Below, in pieces: positions 47,888 through 56,037 of a stretch of DNA of 62,111 bases. Origin of the DNA: an uncultured Anaerolineae bacterium. Lineage in GTDB: Bacteria; Chloroflexota; Anaerolineae; JAFGEY01. The stretch is taken from contig CAZLMZ010000002.1 of the NCBI GenBank assembly GCA_964560475.1, forward strand, positions 1 to 62,111, given 5' to 3'. The stretch's first letter is position 1; the number at the start of each line of letters is the position of its first letter. Below the pieces are notes generated by a model. That model was not told where the DNA came from. It saw only the letters and a list, made by a program, of their open reading frames with translations, and searched no databases. Position numbers and translations under genes: made by a program.

Positions 47888-48778
47888 TCACTCGCTCAGG
47901 ATCGCTGCACCATTCAGAGTCTGTTGTGCCTGGCCGAGCACGACGTCGTAGAGATGCGCGAGGTTCGCCTGATGCAACTCCTCAGCAAGGCCGTTCAGCG
48001 GGATACGTGACTTGTGGCAGCGCTCGATGGACAATCGGCGCAGATTACCCTTGGGGATCCCCCGCTCGACGCGCCTCCACACCTCTTTTTCGATCGTGTC
48101 GAGGTAGCGAATGCTGGTGTCGATGGCTTCGGGAATCTCGCCACGCAAGAGAACGTCTCCGTGGCCCTGCACGATGTTATCCAACTGCAGCTCTTGAATC
48201 TTGCGCAGCGATTGGCGCATGACCTCGTGGTCACCGTTGACGATAAAGGGGACCGGCATCACCAGATCGCCTGCAAAGAGAACCTTGTCTTCCTTGACAT
48301 ACGCAGAGACGCCATCGCTGGTGTTGCCCGGTGTGTGCATCAGCGTGATGGTCTTTTGGCCGACGTGGAGCGTCAGGCTGCCCCGGTCGAATACCATTTC
48401 GGGAAGGCGAATGCTCACCTCACACAGTTCGGGGTTCTGCAGCCGGTCCTCTTCGAGGAGCTGATCGCCGTGCTTCTCGAGGATGCGACGGCATCGCTCG
48501 TGGGCCACCAGTTCGCCATCGATCAGGCAGGCGCCATAGCTATGATCGGGCTGAAAGTGGGTAAGGACAAGATAGCGAATTGGGGCCTGGCTGCGTCTGT
48601 TGACGAAACGCAGCATTTCCCTTGTCTCCTGGGGGAAGGGCAGTGTATCGATGATCACCGACCCTTCGGGGGTCAAGATAGCGCTTGCAGTTGCTTGCAG
48701 GTACAGCTCGCTCGTAAAGACATAGATGTCTTCGGCTACCCGCTCTCGCAGCATACAACCTCCTGCTTGGACCGGCAC
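47888..48778 (-). CDS. Metallo-beta-lactamase-fold hydrolase
   Basis: VIIDTLP...LVLTHFQPDHSYGA (THxQxDH variant of HxHxDH), later HTPGNTSD and GDL. ATG follows AGGAGG. Confidence 0.7.
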   Translation of the reverse strand: MPVQAGGCMLRERVAEDIYVFTSELYLQATASAILTPEGSVIIDTLPFPQETREMLRFVNRRSQAPIRYLVLTHFQPDHSYGACLIDGELVAHERCRRILEKHGDQLLEEDRLQNPELCEVSIRLPEMVFDRGSLTLHVGQKTITLMHTPGNTSDGVSAYVKEDKVLFAGDLVMPVPFIVNGDHEVMRQSLRKIQELQLDNIVQGHGDVLLRGEIPEAIDTSIRYLDTIEKEVWRRVERGIPKGNLRRLSIERCHKSRIPLNGLAEELHQANLAHLYDVVLGQAQQTLNGAAILSE

Positions 48779-48796
48779 GTGGCATACTCGTGGGAG

Positions 48797-48825
48797 AGGA
48801 TACCATATGCGAGATCGCTTGTCAA
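48797..48825 (-). promoter_or_regulatory. Proximal promoter for the MBL-fold gene (TTGACA-17-TATCCT)
   Basis: Minus strand reads TTGACAagcgatctcgcatatggTATCCT, ~20 nt upstream of ATG 48778. Confidence 0.5.
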
Positions 48826-48933
48826 GGAAAAACTAGGATTTTCGGTCAAAGAGGGGGACGAGTTTTCGCCATTGTGGCTGAGGACGGGATACAGAGGCGA
48901 ATACCATGGCAATGAACAGGGCAGGCTGGAGTG

Positions 48934-49066
48934 AAAAAGGCGGGTGGGACACGTAGGGAGCCCTACCATGCCGTGTGCGGATTGGTTTTGAACCTGCTTT
49001 CGCAGGTGGGGGCTTGCCTGTAGAACCAGCGGCCCGAAGGACCACTGTGTTCCCTAAAAGAGCGCA
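48934..49066 (-). ncRNA. Candidate structured RNA or long leader upstream of the MBL-fold gene
   Basis: Lies downstream of a TTGACG-18-TATCAT promoter. Contains a 9-bp hairpin CAGUGGUCC-UUC-GGGCCGCUG, a GNRA hairpin ACCUGC-GAAA-GCAGGU and GUAGG-GCUC-CCUAC, and ends at a U5 tract. No family recognised and no canonical terminator stem. Confidence 0.25.
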
Positions 49067-49072
49067 GCCCCC

Positions 49073-49102
49073 ATGATAGTAGGTGTTGGCTCAAAACGTC
49101 AA
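49073..49102 (-). promoter_or_regulatory. Distal minus-strand promoter (TTGACG-18-TATCAT) with GC-rich discriminator GGGGGC
   Basis: Minus strand reads TTGACGttttgagccaacacctacTATCATgggggc. Drives the candidate RNA/leader at 48934..49066. Confidence 0.5.
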
Positions 49103-49216
49103 TAGCGCATCACTAACACAGTAGGGCACGTAGCTATGGTAGCACGAAACGCCAGAAAGCGCAAATCGCATTGCGCCCTGTCCAAGGGTAGTTCGGAGCG
49201 CTGGCGTGCCCGGTGA

Positions 49217-49245
49217 TTGTCTTTTCCCATAGGACGTGGTACAAT
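49217..49245 (+). promoter_or_regulatory. Promoter for flavin-reductase/GNAT/rtcA/rnz block (TTGTCT-17-TACAAT)
   Basis: ttgtcttttcccataggacgtggtacaat. Confidence 0.55.
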
Positions 49246-49299
49246 CCGTGCGCAGCGCTGGCTGCGCCGTTTGTCCTTACCCCTCAGGAGGGAGAGCGC

Positions 49300-49803
49300 A
49301 TGGCATTCAGGGAAGTGCCCTATACCCATCAACTCGACACAACGCTAGAGATGCTGGCCAATGGTGGGATACTGCTGGCCTCGACGCGCGAGGATGGCTC
49401 ATCGAACGTGATGACGATCGGCTGGGCGAGCGTCGGCGTCATCTGGGGCCTGCCGGTGATGGTCGTGTTGGTGCGCCCGTCACGCTACACCTACCAGTTC
49501 ATCGAGGCATCGCAGGCATTCACGGTCAACGTGCCCACGCGGGAGATGAGATCCTACGTGAACATGTGCGGGACCAAGAGCGGGCGGGATGTGAACAAGC
49601 TGGCAGAGGTCCCAACCTCAATGGGGCAGAAGGTAGAGGCGCTGGTTCTCGACGAGTGCCCGCTAGTGTACGAATGCAAGGTGGTGCACAGCAACGACGT
49701 GATCCCGGCGAATCTCGTGCCGGACGTCGCGCGTCGCTCGTATCCGCGGGGGGACTATCACCGCCTGTACTATGGGCACATCCTGGGTACATTCGCCAAG
49801 TGA
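49300..49803 (+). CDS. Flavin-reductase-like FMN-binding domain protein
   Basis: NVMTIGWASVGVIWGLPVMVVLVRPSRYTYQFI pattern. ATG 49300 follows AGGAGGGAG. Confidence 0.75.
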   Translation: MAFREVPYTHQLDTTLEMLANGGILLASTREDGSSNVMTIGWASVGVIWGLPVMVVLVRPSRYTYQFIEASQAFTVNVPTREMRSYVNMCGTKSGRDVNKLAEVPTSMGQKVEALVLDECPLVYECKVVHSNDVIPANLVPDVARRSYPRGDYHRLYYGHILGTFAK

Positions 49804-50555
49804 GCGATCCTTCAGCCGGGAAGGCCCAGCACGAGGGCCCGTCGTCGGGAGCCATCTCCTACAAGCGAGAGCTGATCCGCTCGCTTCTCGCTCCGGCAGA
49901 TCCTGCGGATGCAATGACGGCCTACTATGCGCTGTGGCACGATGCGCGACGGGTAAAGCTCACGCTGCATCGTGGCCCCACGGGCACGACAGACGGCTTT
50001 GTTGCGGTATGCCAGACCGGGCGGGATCTATTTGTGCCGCTGGTGGTCCTGCGAGCGCTGCCAGACGATGTGGGTGGCCTCTTGAAGAGCGCGCTGATAG
50101 CGGGGCGACCGTACACACTCGTCACCTCACCGGGCCTGCAGGACGCGGTCGAGGCGGCTCTGGTGCTGTCCAGCAGGCAGCGCAACGCAGTCTATGAGCT
50201 GGAGCCCGAGGTCTACCGGCCTGTGATCAACGTGATGGTACAGCCCGGAAAGGGCGCATTCCGGCACGAGATCCGCGTGCAGGACCAGGTCGTCGCGGCT
50301 GCCGGCGTGAACTGGCAGACGGACCGCTTTGCCGATATGTACGTGTATACCGATCCCGAGGTGCGAGGCAGGGGATGGGGCAAGGCGGTGGGTGCCGCAT
50401 GCGTACAGGATATCCTGTCTGCCAGGCTCCTGCCGCTGTATACGGTCGGAGAGGACAATGTGCCGTCGCAGCGTCTTGCCGAGTCGCTGGGGTTCAGGGA
50501 CAAGGGAGCCAGGGAGTTCGAGTGCCAGGGATACCTGTCGCCGGGGGACGAGTAG
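49800..50555 (+). CDS. GNAT-family N-acetyltransferase
   Basis: C-terminal acetyl-CoA motif VRGRGWGKAVGAACV and SQRLAESLGF. The start is uncertain: GTG 49800 overlapping the upstream stop, or ATG 49914. The upstream part of ORF 49236..50555 is rejected. Confidence 0.7.
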   Translation: MSDPSAGKAQHEGPSSGAISYKRELIRSLLAPADPADAMTAYYALWHDARRVKLTLHRGPTGTTDGFVAVCQTGRDLFVPLVVLRALPDDVGGLLKSALIAGRPYTLVTSPGLQDAVEAALVLSSRQRNAVYELEPEVYRPVINVMVQPGKGAFRHEIRVQDQVVAAAGVNWQTDRFADMYVYTDPEVRGRGWGKAVGAACVQDILSARLLPLYTVGEDNVPSQRLAESLGFRDKGAREFECQGYLSPGDE

Positions 50556-50561
50556 AAGCGA

Positions 50562-51596
50562 GTGATTGAGATTGACGGCGCATATGGTGAGGGCGGCGGG
50601 CAGCTCCTGAGAACGGCACTGTCCCTGGCGGCGGTGACCGGACAGGGATTCCATATCGAGCACCTACGCGCGCGGAGGCCCAAACCGGGACTGCGTCCCC
50701 AGCATCTTGCTGCTGTCCATGCCGTGGCGGAGCTGTGCGATGCTGAGGTAGAGGGCGCGGTGCTGAATTCGAGGACGCTCACGTTCGTGCCGCAATGCGC
50801 ACCGCGCACGGGGAGCTATCGATGGGATGTGGGGACGGCAGGGGCGACCACGCTCATCTTTCAAACGGTGCTGTGGCCACTCGCGCTGTCGGGCGAGCCC
50901 TCGTTCGTCGAGCTGATCGGTGGGACTCACGTAGCGTGGAGCCCGCCGGTCGACTATGTGCGGGAGGTGTATCTGCGGACACTGTCGGCCATCGCGAGCG
51001 GGGCAGTGGCGGAGGTCGACGCCGAGAGGTGGGGGTGGTACCCACGCGGAGGCGGGCTGCTGCGAGGTCAGATCCACGGCGGCGCCGCGCTCGACGGTCT
51101 CTCTCTGATGGAGCGTGGGTCACTGCGCGAGGTGTCGGTTCTCTCGGCTGCATCGAACCTCCCGCAGCACATTGTCGATCGCCAGGCGGCCCAGGCCGAT
51201 TTCTACCTGCGCAAGCAGGGGATCGTGGCGCGCATAGAGAAGGACGCGCCGCTGTCCCCAGGCCAGGGCACGGTGGTGTTCGTCCTGGCCGAGTATGAGC
51301 ACGCGCGGGCCGGCTTTGTTGCTTATGGCCGGATCCGCAGACCGGCCGAGGAAGTGGCCGAAGAAGCGTGTCGCGCCTTCGTGCGCTATCACAGGCACCG
51401 CCAGCCGGTAGACGAGCACCTGGCAGATCAGCTCCTCTTACCCCTGGCGCTGGCCCAAGGGGCGAGCGCGTACGCCGTCTCGGGTATCACGCAGCACCTC
51501 CTCACTAACGCGTGGCTGATCGGTCAGTTCCTGCCGGTCGAGATCCTGATCTCGGGCAAGGAGCGCAAGGCAGGAACTGTTGCGATCCAGGTCTAG
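50562..51596 (+). CDS. rtcA: RNA 3'-terminal phosphate cyclase
   Basis: IEIDGAYGEGGGQLLRTALSLAAVTGQGFHIEHLRARRPKPGLRPQHL closely parallels the RtcA N-terminus. Confidence 0.9.
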   Translation: MIEIDGAYGEGGGQLLRTALSLAAVTGQGFHIEHLRARRPKPGLRPQHLAAVHAVAELCDAEVEGAVLNSRTLTFVPQCAPRTGSYRWDVGTAGATTLIFQTVLWPLALSGEPSFVELIGGTHVAWSPPVDYVREVYLRTLSAIASGAVAEVDAERWGWYPRGGGLLRGQIHGGAALDGLSLMERGSLREVSVLSAASNLPQHIVDRQAAQADFYLRKQGIVARIEKDAPLSPGQGTVVFVLAEYEHARAGFVAYGRIRRPAEEVAEEACRAFVRYHRHRQPVDEHLADQLLLPLALAQGASAYAVSGITQHLLTNAWLIGQFLPVEILISGKERKAGTVAIQV

Positions 51597-51629
51597 CTGT
51601 GGCGACGAGCAAGGCAATAGGCAGGGTTG

Positions 51630-52574
51630 ATGTTTGAACTCGTTTTCCTGGGCACATCTGCATCCGCTCCATCGGTCCATCGCGGCCTCTCGTCGGCGAT
51701 GGTGTTGTACAAGGAGTACCGTTTTCTCGTGGACTGCGGCGAGGGCACCCAGCGGCAGTTGCTGTGCAGCGGGCTGGGCTTTCGTCGGCTAGACCGCATC
51801 CTGCTCACGCACGGGCACCTGGATCACATCCTTGGGTTGGGCGGGATCATGTCCACCTTTGGCCGGTGGGAGGCGATCGATCGGGTCGAGATCTGGGGCG
51901 GGCGATGGGCGCTGGATCGGGTCGAGAGGTTGATGGAGGTTGTTTTCGGGCCGAACCGGCGCCCGCTGGAGATCGAGCTGTACGACGTGGCGCCCGGCAC
52001 GTTGATGGAGGACGAGACCTTTACGCTGAGCGCCTTTCCAGTGGTGCACCGCGGCCCTGGTTGCTTCGGCTATACGTTCGAGGAAAAGTCACACCGGCCG
52101 TTCCTAGCAGAGAAAGCGGAGGCGATCGGCGTTCCTCGCGGCCCAGAGCGCGCGCTGCTGGTGCAGGGCGAGTCGGTCGTGCTGGCGGACGGGACGGTCG
52201 TACATCCAGATCAGGTGCTGGGGCCGGAGCAGGCGGGGGCGCGGCTCGTCTTTGTCGGGGACGCGGGCAGCACGGAGAGTCTGCACGATCTGGCGCGTGG
52301 TGCGGATGCATTGGTGATCGAAGCGACGTACCTGGAGCGAGAGCGCGATCTGGCGCGCAATTTCGGGCACCTGACCGCGCAGCAGTCAGCCGAGCTGGCG
52401 CGGGGCGCAGGCGTGGACGCGCTGATCCTGACCCACCTCTCGCGGCGCTATTTCGAGCGTGAGGTGCTCGAGGAGGCACAACGCGTGTTCGAGCGCACAT
52501 TCGTTGCGCGTGATTTCGACCGGTTCCAGGTGGCGAAAGGGGGCGAGGTAAGGCTAGTGCGCGAGCCAGGATAG
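51630..52574 (+). CDS. rnz: Ribonuclease Z (tRNA 3' endonuclease)
   Basis: [40 protein letters not shown] (HxHxDH), C-terminal [10 protein letters not shown]. Confidence 0.88.
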   Translation: MFELVFLGTSASAPSVHRGLSSAMVLYKEYRFLVDCGEGTQRQLLCSGLGFRRLDRILLTHGHLDHILGLGGIMSTFGRWEAIDRVEIWGGRWALDRVERLMEVVFGPNRRPLEIELYDVAPGTLMEDETFTLSAFPVVHRGPGCFGYTFEEKSHRPFLAEKAEAIGVPRGPERALLVQGESVVLADGTVVHPDQVLGPEQAGARLVFVGDAGSTESLHDLARGADALVIEATYLERERDLARNFGHLTAQQSAELARGAGVDALILTHLSRRYFEREVLEEAQRVFERTFVARDFDRFQVAKGGEVRLVREPG

Positions 52575-52601
52575 GCCCTGCTCGTGCGCTAGCAGCGGCA
52601 C

Positions 52602-54650
52602 ATGCAAGAGCGGAAGCGAATGCCGGCCAAGAAACAGAGACGTATTGCAGTGCAGAGTGCGGCAGCGGTGCAGGCTGGACGCGAGCGAGCTGCGCGGATC
52701 CGTGCCTGGCGCGGATGGGCCTTCGTGGCGGGGGTCCTCGTGCTCGCGCTCGTGCTGCGGGCAGCGAACCTGACCGCGCAGAGCCTGTGGGCTGACGAGG
52801 GGAACAGCGTGCGGGTGACGGAGCGGCCACTGGAGTTGGTCATTGACGCGGCACGCGCTGACGTGCACCCCCCTGGGTATTACGTGCTCCTATGGGGATG
52901 GGTTAAGGTCTTTGGCCAGAGCGAGGCTGCCGTCCGTGCCTTGTCCGTCGTGGTGGGCGTAGCCCTGGTGGGCCTGGTCTATCTGCTTGGGGGCCGGATC
53001 TGGGGAGCACGTGCGGGCTGGTTGGCGGCGTTCTGTGCGGCTGTATCGCCGTTCCAGGTGCAGTACTCGCAAGAAGTGCGCATGTATATCCTGGTCGCGT
53101 TCCTCGGTGCACTGGCGGTCTATGCCTTAGTGCGGTGGATAGATGCGTTTGTGCGTGAGGATCACCCGAGCCTGGCCTGGTCCGGCACCTATGTCGTGGC
53201 GAGCGCCGCCGGACTGTGGGTGCATTATATGTTCCCGATCGTCATTGCCTCGGTCAGCGTGGCCTGGCTGGCGTGGTGGCTCGGACGAGGGCCGGAGCGC
53301 AAGAAGACTCGCATCGCACTGTGGTGGGTCGGCATGCATGCGGCCATCCTCGTGTTGTATCTGCCCTGGCTGCCGGTGGCCTGGCATAGGATCACCGCCT
53401 ACGGCCCAATCAGCGGGGCGTACACGGTGGGGTTCGTGGTCGAGCAGTGGCTGCGGATGCTCAGCGTCGGAGAGACCGCGCCGAGCGGTGACTTGACGCG
53501 GTGGATCGTGCTCGGCTGCACAGTCCTGGCGATCCTGGGCGCGTGGGCCGGGCTTGTGGGTTTTGGCGAACGAGCGGCCAACCGCAGGCGCGGTGCGGCG
53601 ACGCTTGGCCTCGTCGCGCTCGCCCTCGCCCCGGCAGTCACGATGGCTGCGCTGGCCGCTACCGGGCGCCCTGCCTACAGGCCCAAGTTCTACCTCGTCG
53701 CCAGCCCTGCATTCGCACTGCTGATGGGGGGCGGCATTGCACGCCTTGAGCGATCGAGCGGGATGCAGAGAAGCCTCGCGAACCGCCTGTGGCTGCTGCT
53801 CTGCCTAGGCCTGGTTGCCGTTGGGGCTGTACGTTCACTGCGGAACTACTATCTAGATCCTGCCTATGCGCGCAGTGATTATCGCGCGATCGCCGCCGAT
53901 ATCGCCGCCGCGGCGCAAGAGGACGATGTCATCTTGTTGAATGCGCCGAATCAGTGGGAAGTGTTCACCTACTACTACCGCGATGGCGTCCCAGTGTACC
54001 CCCTTCCTCGCTCGCGTCCGCCAGTCGAGGCGGAGCTGGTGACCGAGCTTCAGTCGATCGCAGCGCAGCACGACCTGCTGTACGCAGTGTTGTGGGCGGA
54101 GCAGGAGAGCGATCCAGAGCGGATCGTGGAGCGGTGGCTCGCGTCGAATGCATACAAGGCCAGTGAGACGTGGTACGGCGATGTACGGTTGGCCGTGTAT
54201 GGTCTGCCGGTTGCGGAAGAGACGCCCGCGCTAACACGTGCGCTCGACGACGTGCGCTTTGGCGAGGAGATTGCACTGCGAGGCTATCTCATCGAGCCGG
54301 CACAGGTGCAGGCGGGCGACGTCATTCGTGTAGCATTATCCTGGGAGGCTCTGGCAACGCCCAGCGGGCGCTACAAGGTTTTCCTTCACCTGGTTGGGCC
54401 AGATGGCGAGATCGCTGCCCAGGTGGATACCGAGCCGGGAGACGGGATGGACCTGACGACCGCGTGGCAGCCCGGTCGGGGCGTGATCGAGGACCGCTAC
54501 GGCCTGCTCGTGCCGCTCGGGGCGCCCAGGGGAACTTATCAGATCCTGGTGGGCCTGTACGACGTGAGTGGCGCGCCACGTTTGCCCTTGAGCGTAGATG
54601 GTCAGCCTGCGGGCGATGCGCTGACGCTCGGCACGGTGACGGTCGGGTGA
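52602..54650 (+). CDS. GT39/ArnT-like membrane glycosyltransferase with C-terminal ~132-aa beta-rich domain
   Basis: SLWADEGNSV and HPPGYYVLLW motifs, ~12 TM helices. The C-terminal soluble domain is colinear with the C-terminus of the kinase at 8165..10129. Confidence 0.8.
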   Translation: MQERKRMPAKKQRRIAVQSAAAVQAGRERAARIRAWRGWAFVAGVLVLALVLRAANLTAQSLWADEGNSVRVTERPLELVIDAARADVHPPGYYVLLWGWVKVFGQSEAAVRALSVVVGVALVGLVYLLGGRIWGARAGWLAAFCAAVSPFQVQYSQEVRMYILVAFLGALAVYALVRWIDAFVREDHPSLAWSGTYVVASAAGLWVHYMFPIVIASVSVAWLAWWLGRGPERKKTRIALWWVGMHAAILVLYLPWLPVAWHRITAYGPISGAYTVGFVVEQWLRMLSVGETAPSGDLTRWIVLGCTVLAILGAWAGLVGFGERAANRRRGAATLGLVALALAPAVTMAALAATGRPAYRPKFYLVASPAFALLMGGGIARLERSSGMQRSLANRLWLLLCLGLVAVGAVRSLRNYYLDPAYARSDYRAIAADIAAAAQEDDVILLNAPNQWEVFTYYYRDGVPVYPLPRSRPPVEAELVTELQSIAAQHDLLYAVLWAEQESDPERIVERWLASNAYKASETWYGDVRLAVYGLPVAEETPALTRALDDVRFGEEIALRGYLIEPAQVQAGDVIRVALSWEALATPSGRYKVFLHLVGPDGEIAAQVDTEPGDGMDLTTAWQPGRGVIEDRYGLLVPLGAPRGTYQILVGLYDVSGAPRLPLSVDGQPAGDALTLGTVTVG

Positions 54651-54684
54651 TGGCGGCAGGCAGGGCAGTGAGGAGGGAGTCGGG

Positions 54685-55041
54685 ATGATCACGCCTGCTG
54701 GCAAAGAGTGCAAATTCTACTACGAGGACTTTAACCGGGGCCGAGAGGTGCAAGAGTGCCGCTTGATCGCCCAGAACCCGCACTCGGCGCCGTGGCGTCC
54801 TCGCCTGTGCAATACGTGTCCCGTGCCGGACATCCTCCGGGCCAATGCCTGCCCGAATATGGTGCTGGAGGGCTGGGTCGCGCGGCAGTGGCTCGTGGTG
54901 AGGCAGGTCAAAGTGCGTGCCTACTGCACAGAGACGCGCCAGTACGTCGAGGACCCGTATACTGGCTGCGGAGAGTGCCACGGGACACAGTGGCGCGAGA
55001 CGGTGGGTGGATCCACCCAGGGACCCGATTTAGGAGGCTGA
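54685..55041 (+). CDS. Small Cys-rich hypothetical protein (8 Cys)
   Basis: 118 aa with Cys pairs CNTC and CGEC plus four more Cys. Good spacing to neighbours. No family recognised. Confidence 0.5.
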   Translation: MITPAGKECKFYYEDFNRGREVQECRLIAQNPHSAPWRPRLCNTCPVPDILRANACPNMVLEGWVARQWLVVRQVKVRAYCTETRQYVEDPYTGCGECHGTQWRETVGGSTQGPDLGG

Positions 55042-55131
55042 ATCCGTGACGATTTGCCTCAAACAGGGTTTCAATATGTGGAGCAATCTGGTAGCCCGGG
55101 GTACGAACGAACTCTTGTAGGGGAAAGCAAA

Positions 55132-55965
55132 ATGGCCTTCTCGGGGAAATACGCGATCGTGACCGGCGGCTCGAGCGGCATCGGGCGGGCGACGGCACAT
55201 CTCCTGGCTCAGCGAGGAGCGCACGTCTCGATCATTGCGCGCTCACAGGCTCCTCTCGACGAGACGCTCGGTGAGCTCGATGCGCTGCGCGTCAATGCGG
55301 AGCAGCAATTCCGCGCCGTGTCTGCCGATCTGGGGGACTGGCCGGAGGCGCGTGACGCGATCGCGGCGTTGAGTTCGAATGGTCGCGTGCCCGACTTGCT
55401 GATCAACGCGGCCGGATACTGTCATCCGGGCTATTTCGAGGAACTTGCTGTTGACGTGTTCCACGATTCGATGCGGGTCGACTTTTTCGGGACGCTTCAC
55501 CCGACCAAGGCGGTGACGCCGCTGATGATCGCGCGGGGCCAGGGGCATATCGTCAACTTTTCCTCGATCGCAGGCTTTTTTGGACTATATGGCTTCGCAG
55601 CGTACAGCGCAGCCAAGTACGCGATCACAGGTTTCTCCGAGGTTCTACGGCAGGAGCTCAAACCGTATGGCATCGATGTTTCGATCGTGTTTCCCCCGAC
55701 GACCCGTACGCCAGGGCTAGAGCGCGAGAACCGGCTCAAACCACTGGAAACGACGCTCCTCGAAGGGCAGAGCAAGGAGCGCTCGCCAGAGGAAGTGGCA
55801 GAAGCCGTGCTGCGTGGAGTCGAGCGCAGGAACAGGTATATCTTGCCGGGGGCGGATACCAAGCTGTACTTTCTCTTCGCCCATCTACCTCCCCGGCTCA
55901 TGCGCGTCTTTGAGTACTGGTTAGTCGACCGTGTGATCGCCAAAGCACAACGGATACAGCAGTAG
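55132..55965 (+). CDS. SDR-family 3-ketodihydrosphingosine-reductase-like protein
   Basis: TGGSSGIGRA. FSSIAGFFGLYGFAAYSAAKYAITGF (S...YxxxK). FPPTTRTPGLERENRLKPLET closely parallels my recollection of KDSR/FVT1 ([21 protein letters not shown]). Hydrophobic C-terminal tail. Confidence 0.75.
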   Translation: MAFSGKYAIVTGGSSGIGRATAHLLAQRGAHVSIIARSQAPLDETLGELDALRVNAEQQFRAVSADLGDWPEARDAIAALSSNGRVPDLLINAAGYCHPGYFEELAVDVFHDSMRVDFFGTLHPTKAVTPLMIARGQGHIVNFSSIAGFFGLYGFAAYSAAKYAITGFSEVLRQELKPYGIDVSIVFPPTTRTPGLERENRLKPLETTLLEGQSKERSPEEVAEAVLRGVERRNRYILPGADTKLYFLFAHLPPRLMRVFEYWLVDRVIAKAQRIQQ

Positions 55966-56037
55966 CCGTCCTCACTCGTACTCCCCTGGGCAATACAGGG
56001 GCGATGTCAACCAGAGAAAGGTGGGTGGATAGGAATC

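Noticed and set aside
48934-49066. Guanidine-I (ykkC) riboswitch
   Set aside because: Short matches exist (UAGGG, GGUCC, ACACGGC), but the conserved GGGA-AAA-GCCCGGGAGA 3' domain is missing. The downstream gene is also not a typical guanidine-response gene.
48990-49072. 4.5S/SRP RNA, tRNA-like or tmRNA-like element (5' GGGGGCU paired with AGCCCCC followed by ACC)
   Set aside because: The closing stem resembles the E. coli 4.5S and tRNA acceptor ends. However, the SRP domain IV motifs (GGAA tetraloop, AGCA/GGAAGCAGCC) are absent, and no D or T arms or GTTCGAATC-type loop can be drawn. The predicted -10 box abuts the G run, so those Gs may not even be transcribed.
49236-49799. N-terminal half of the 439-aa ORF 49236..50555
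   Set aside because: It overlaps the flavin-reductase-like gene in another frame and reads as Arg/Gly-rich nonsense. Only the portion from about 49800 onward (GNAT motifs) looks real.
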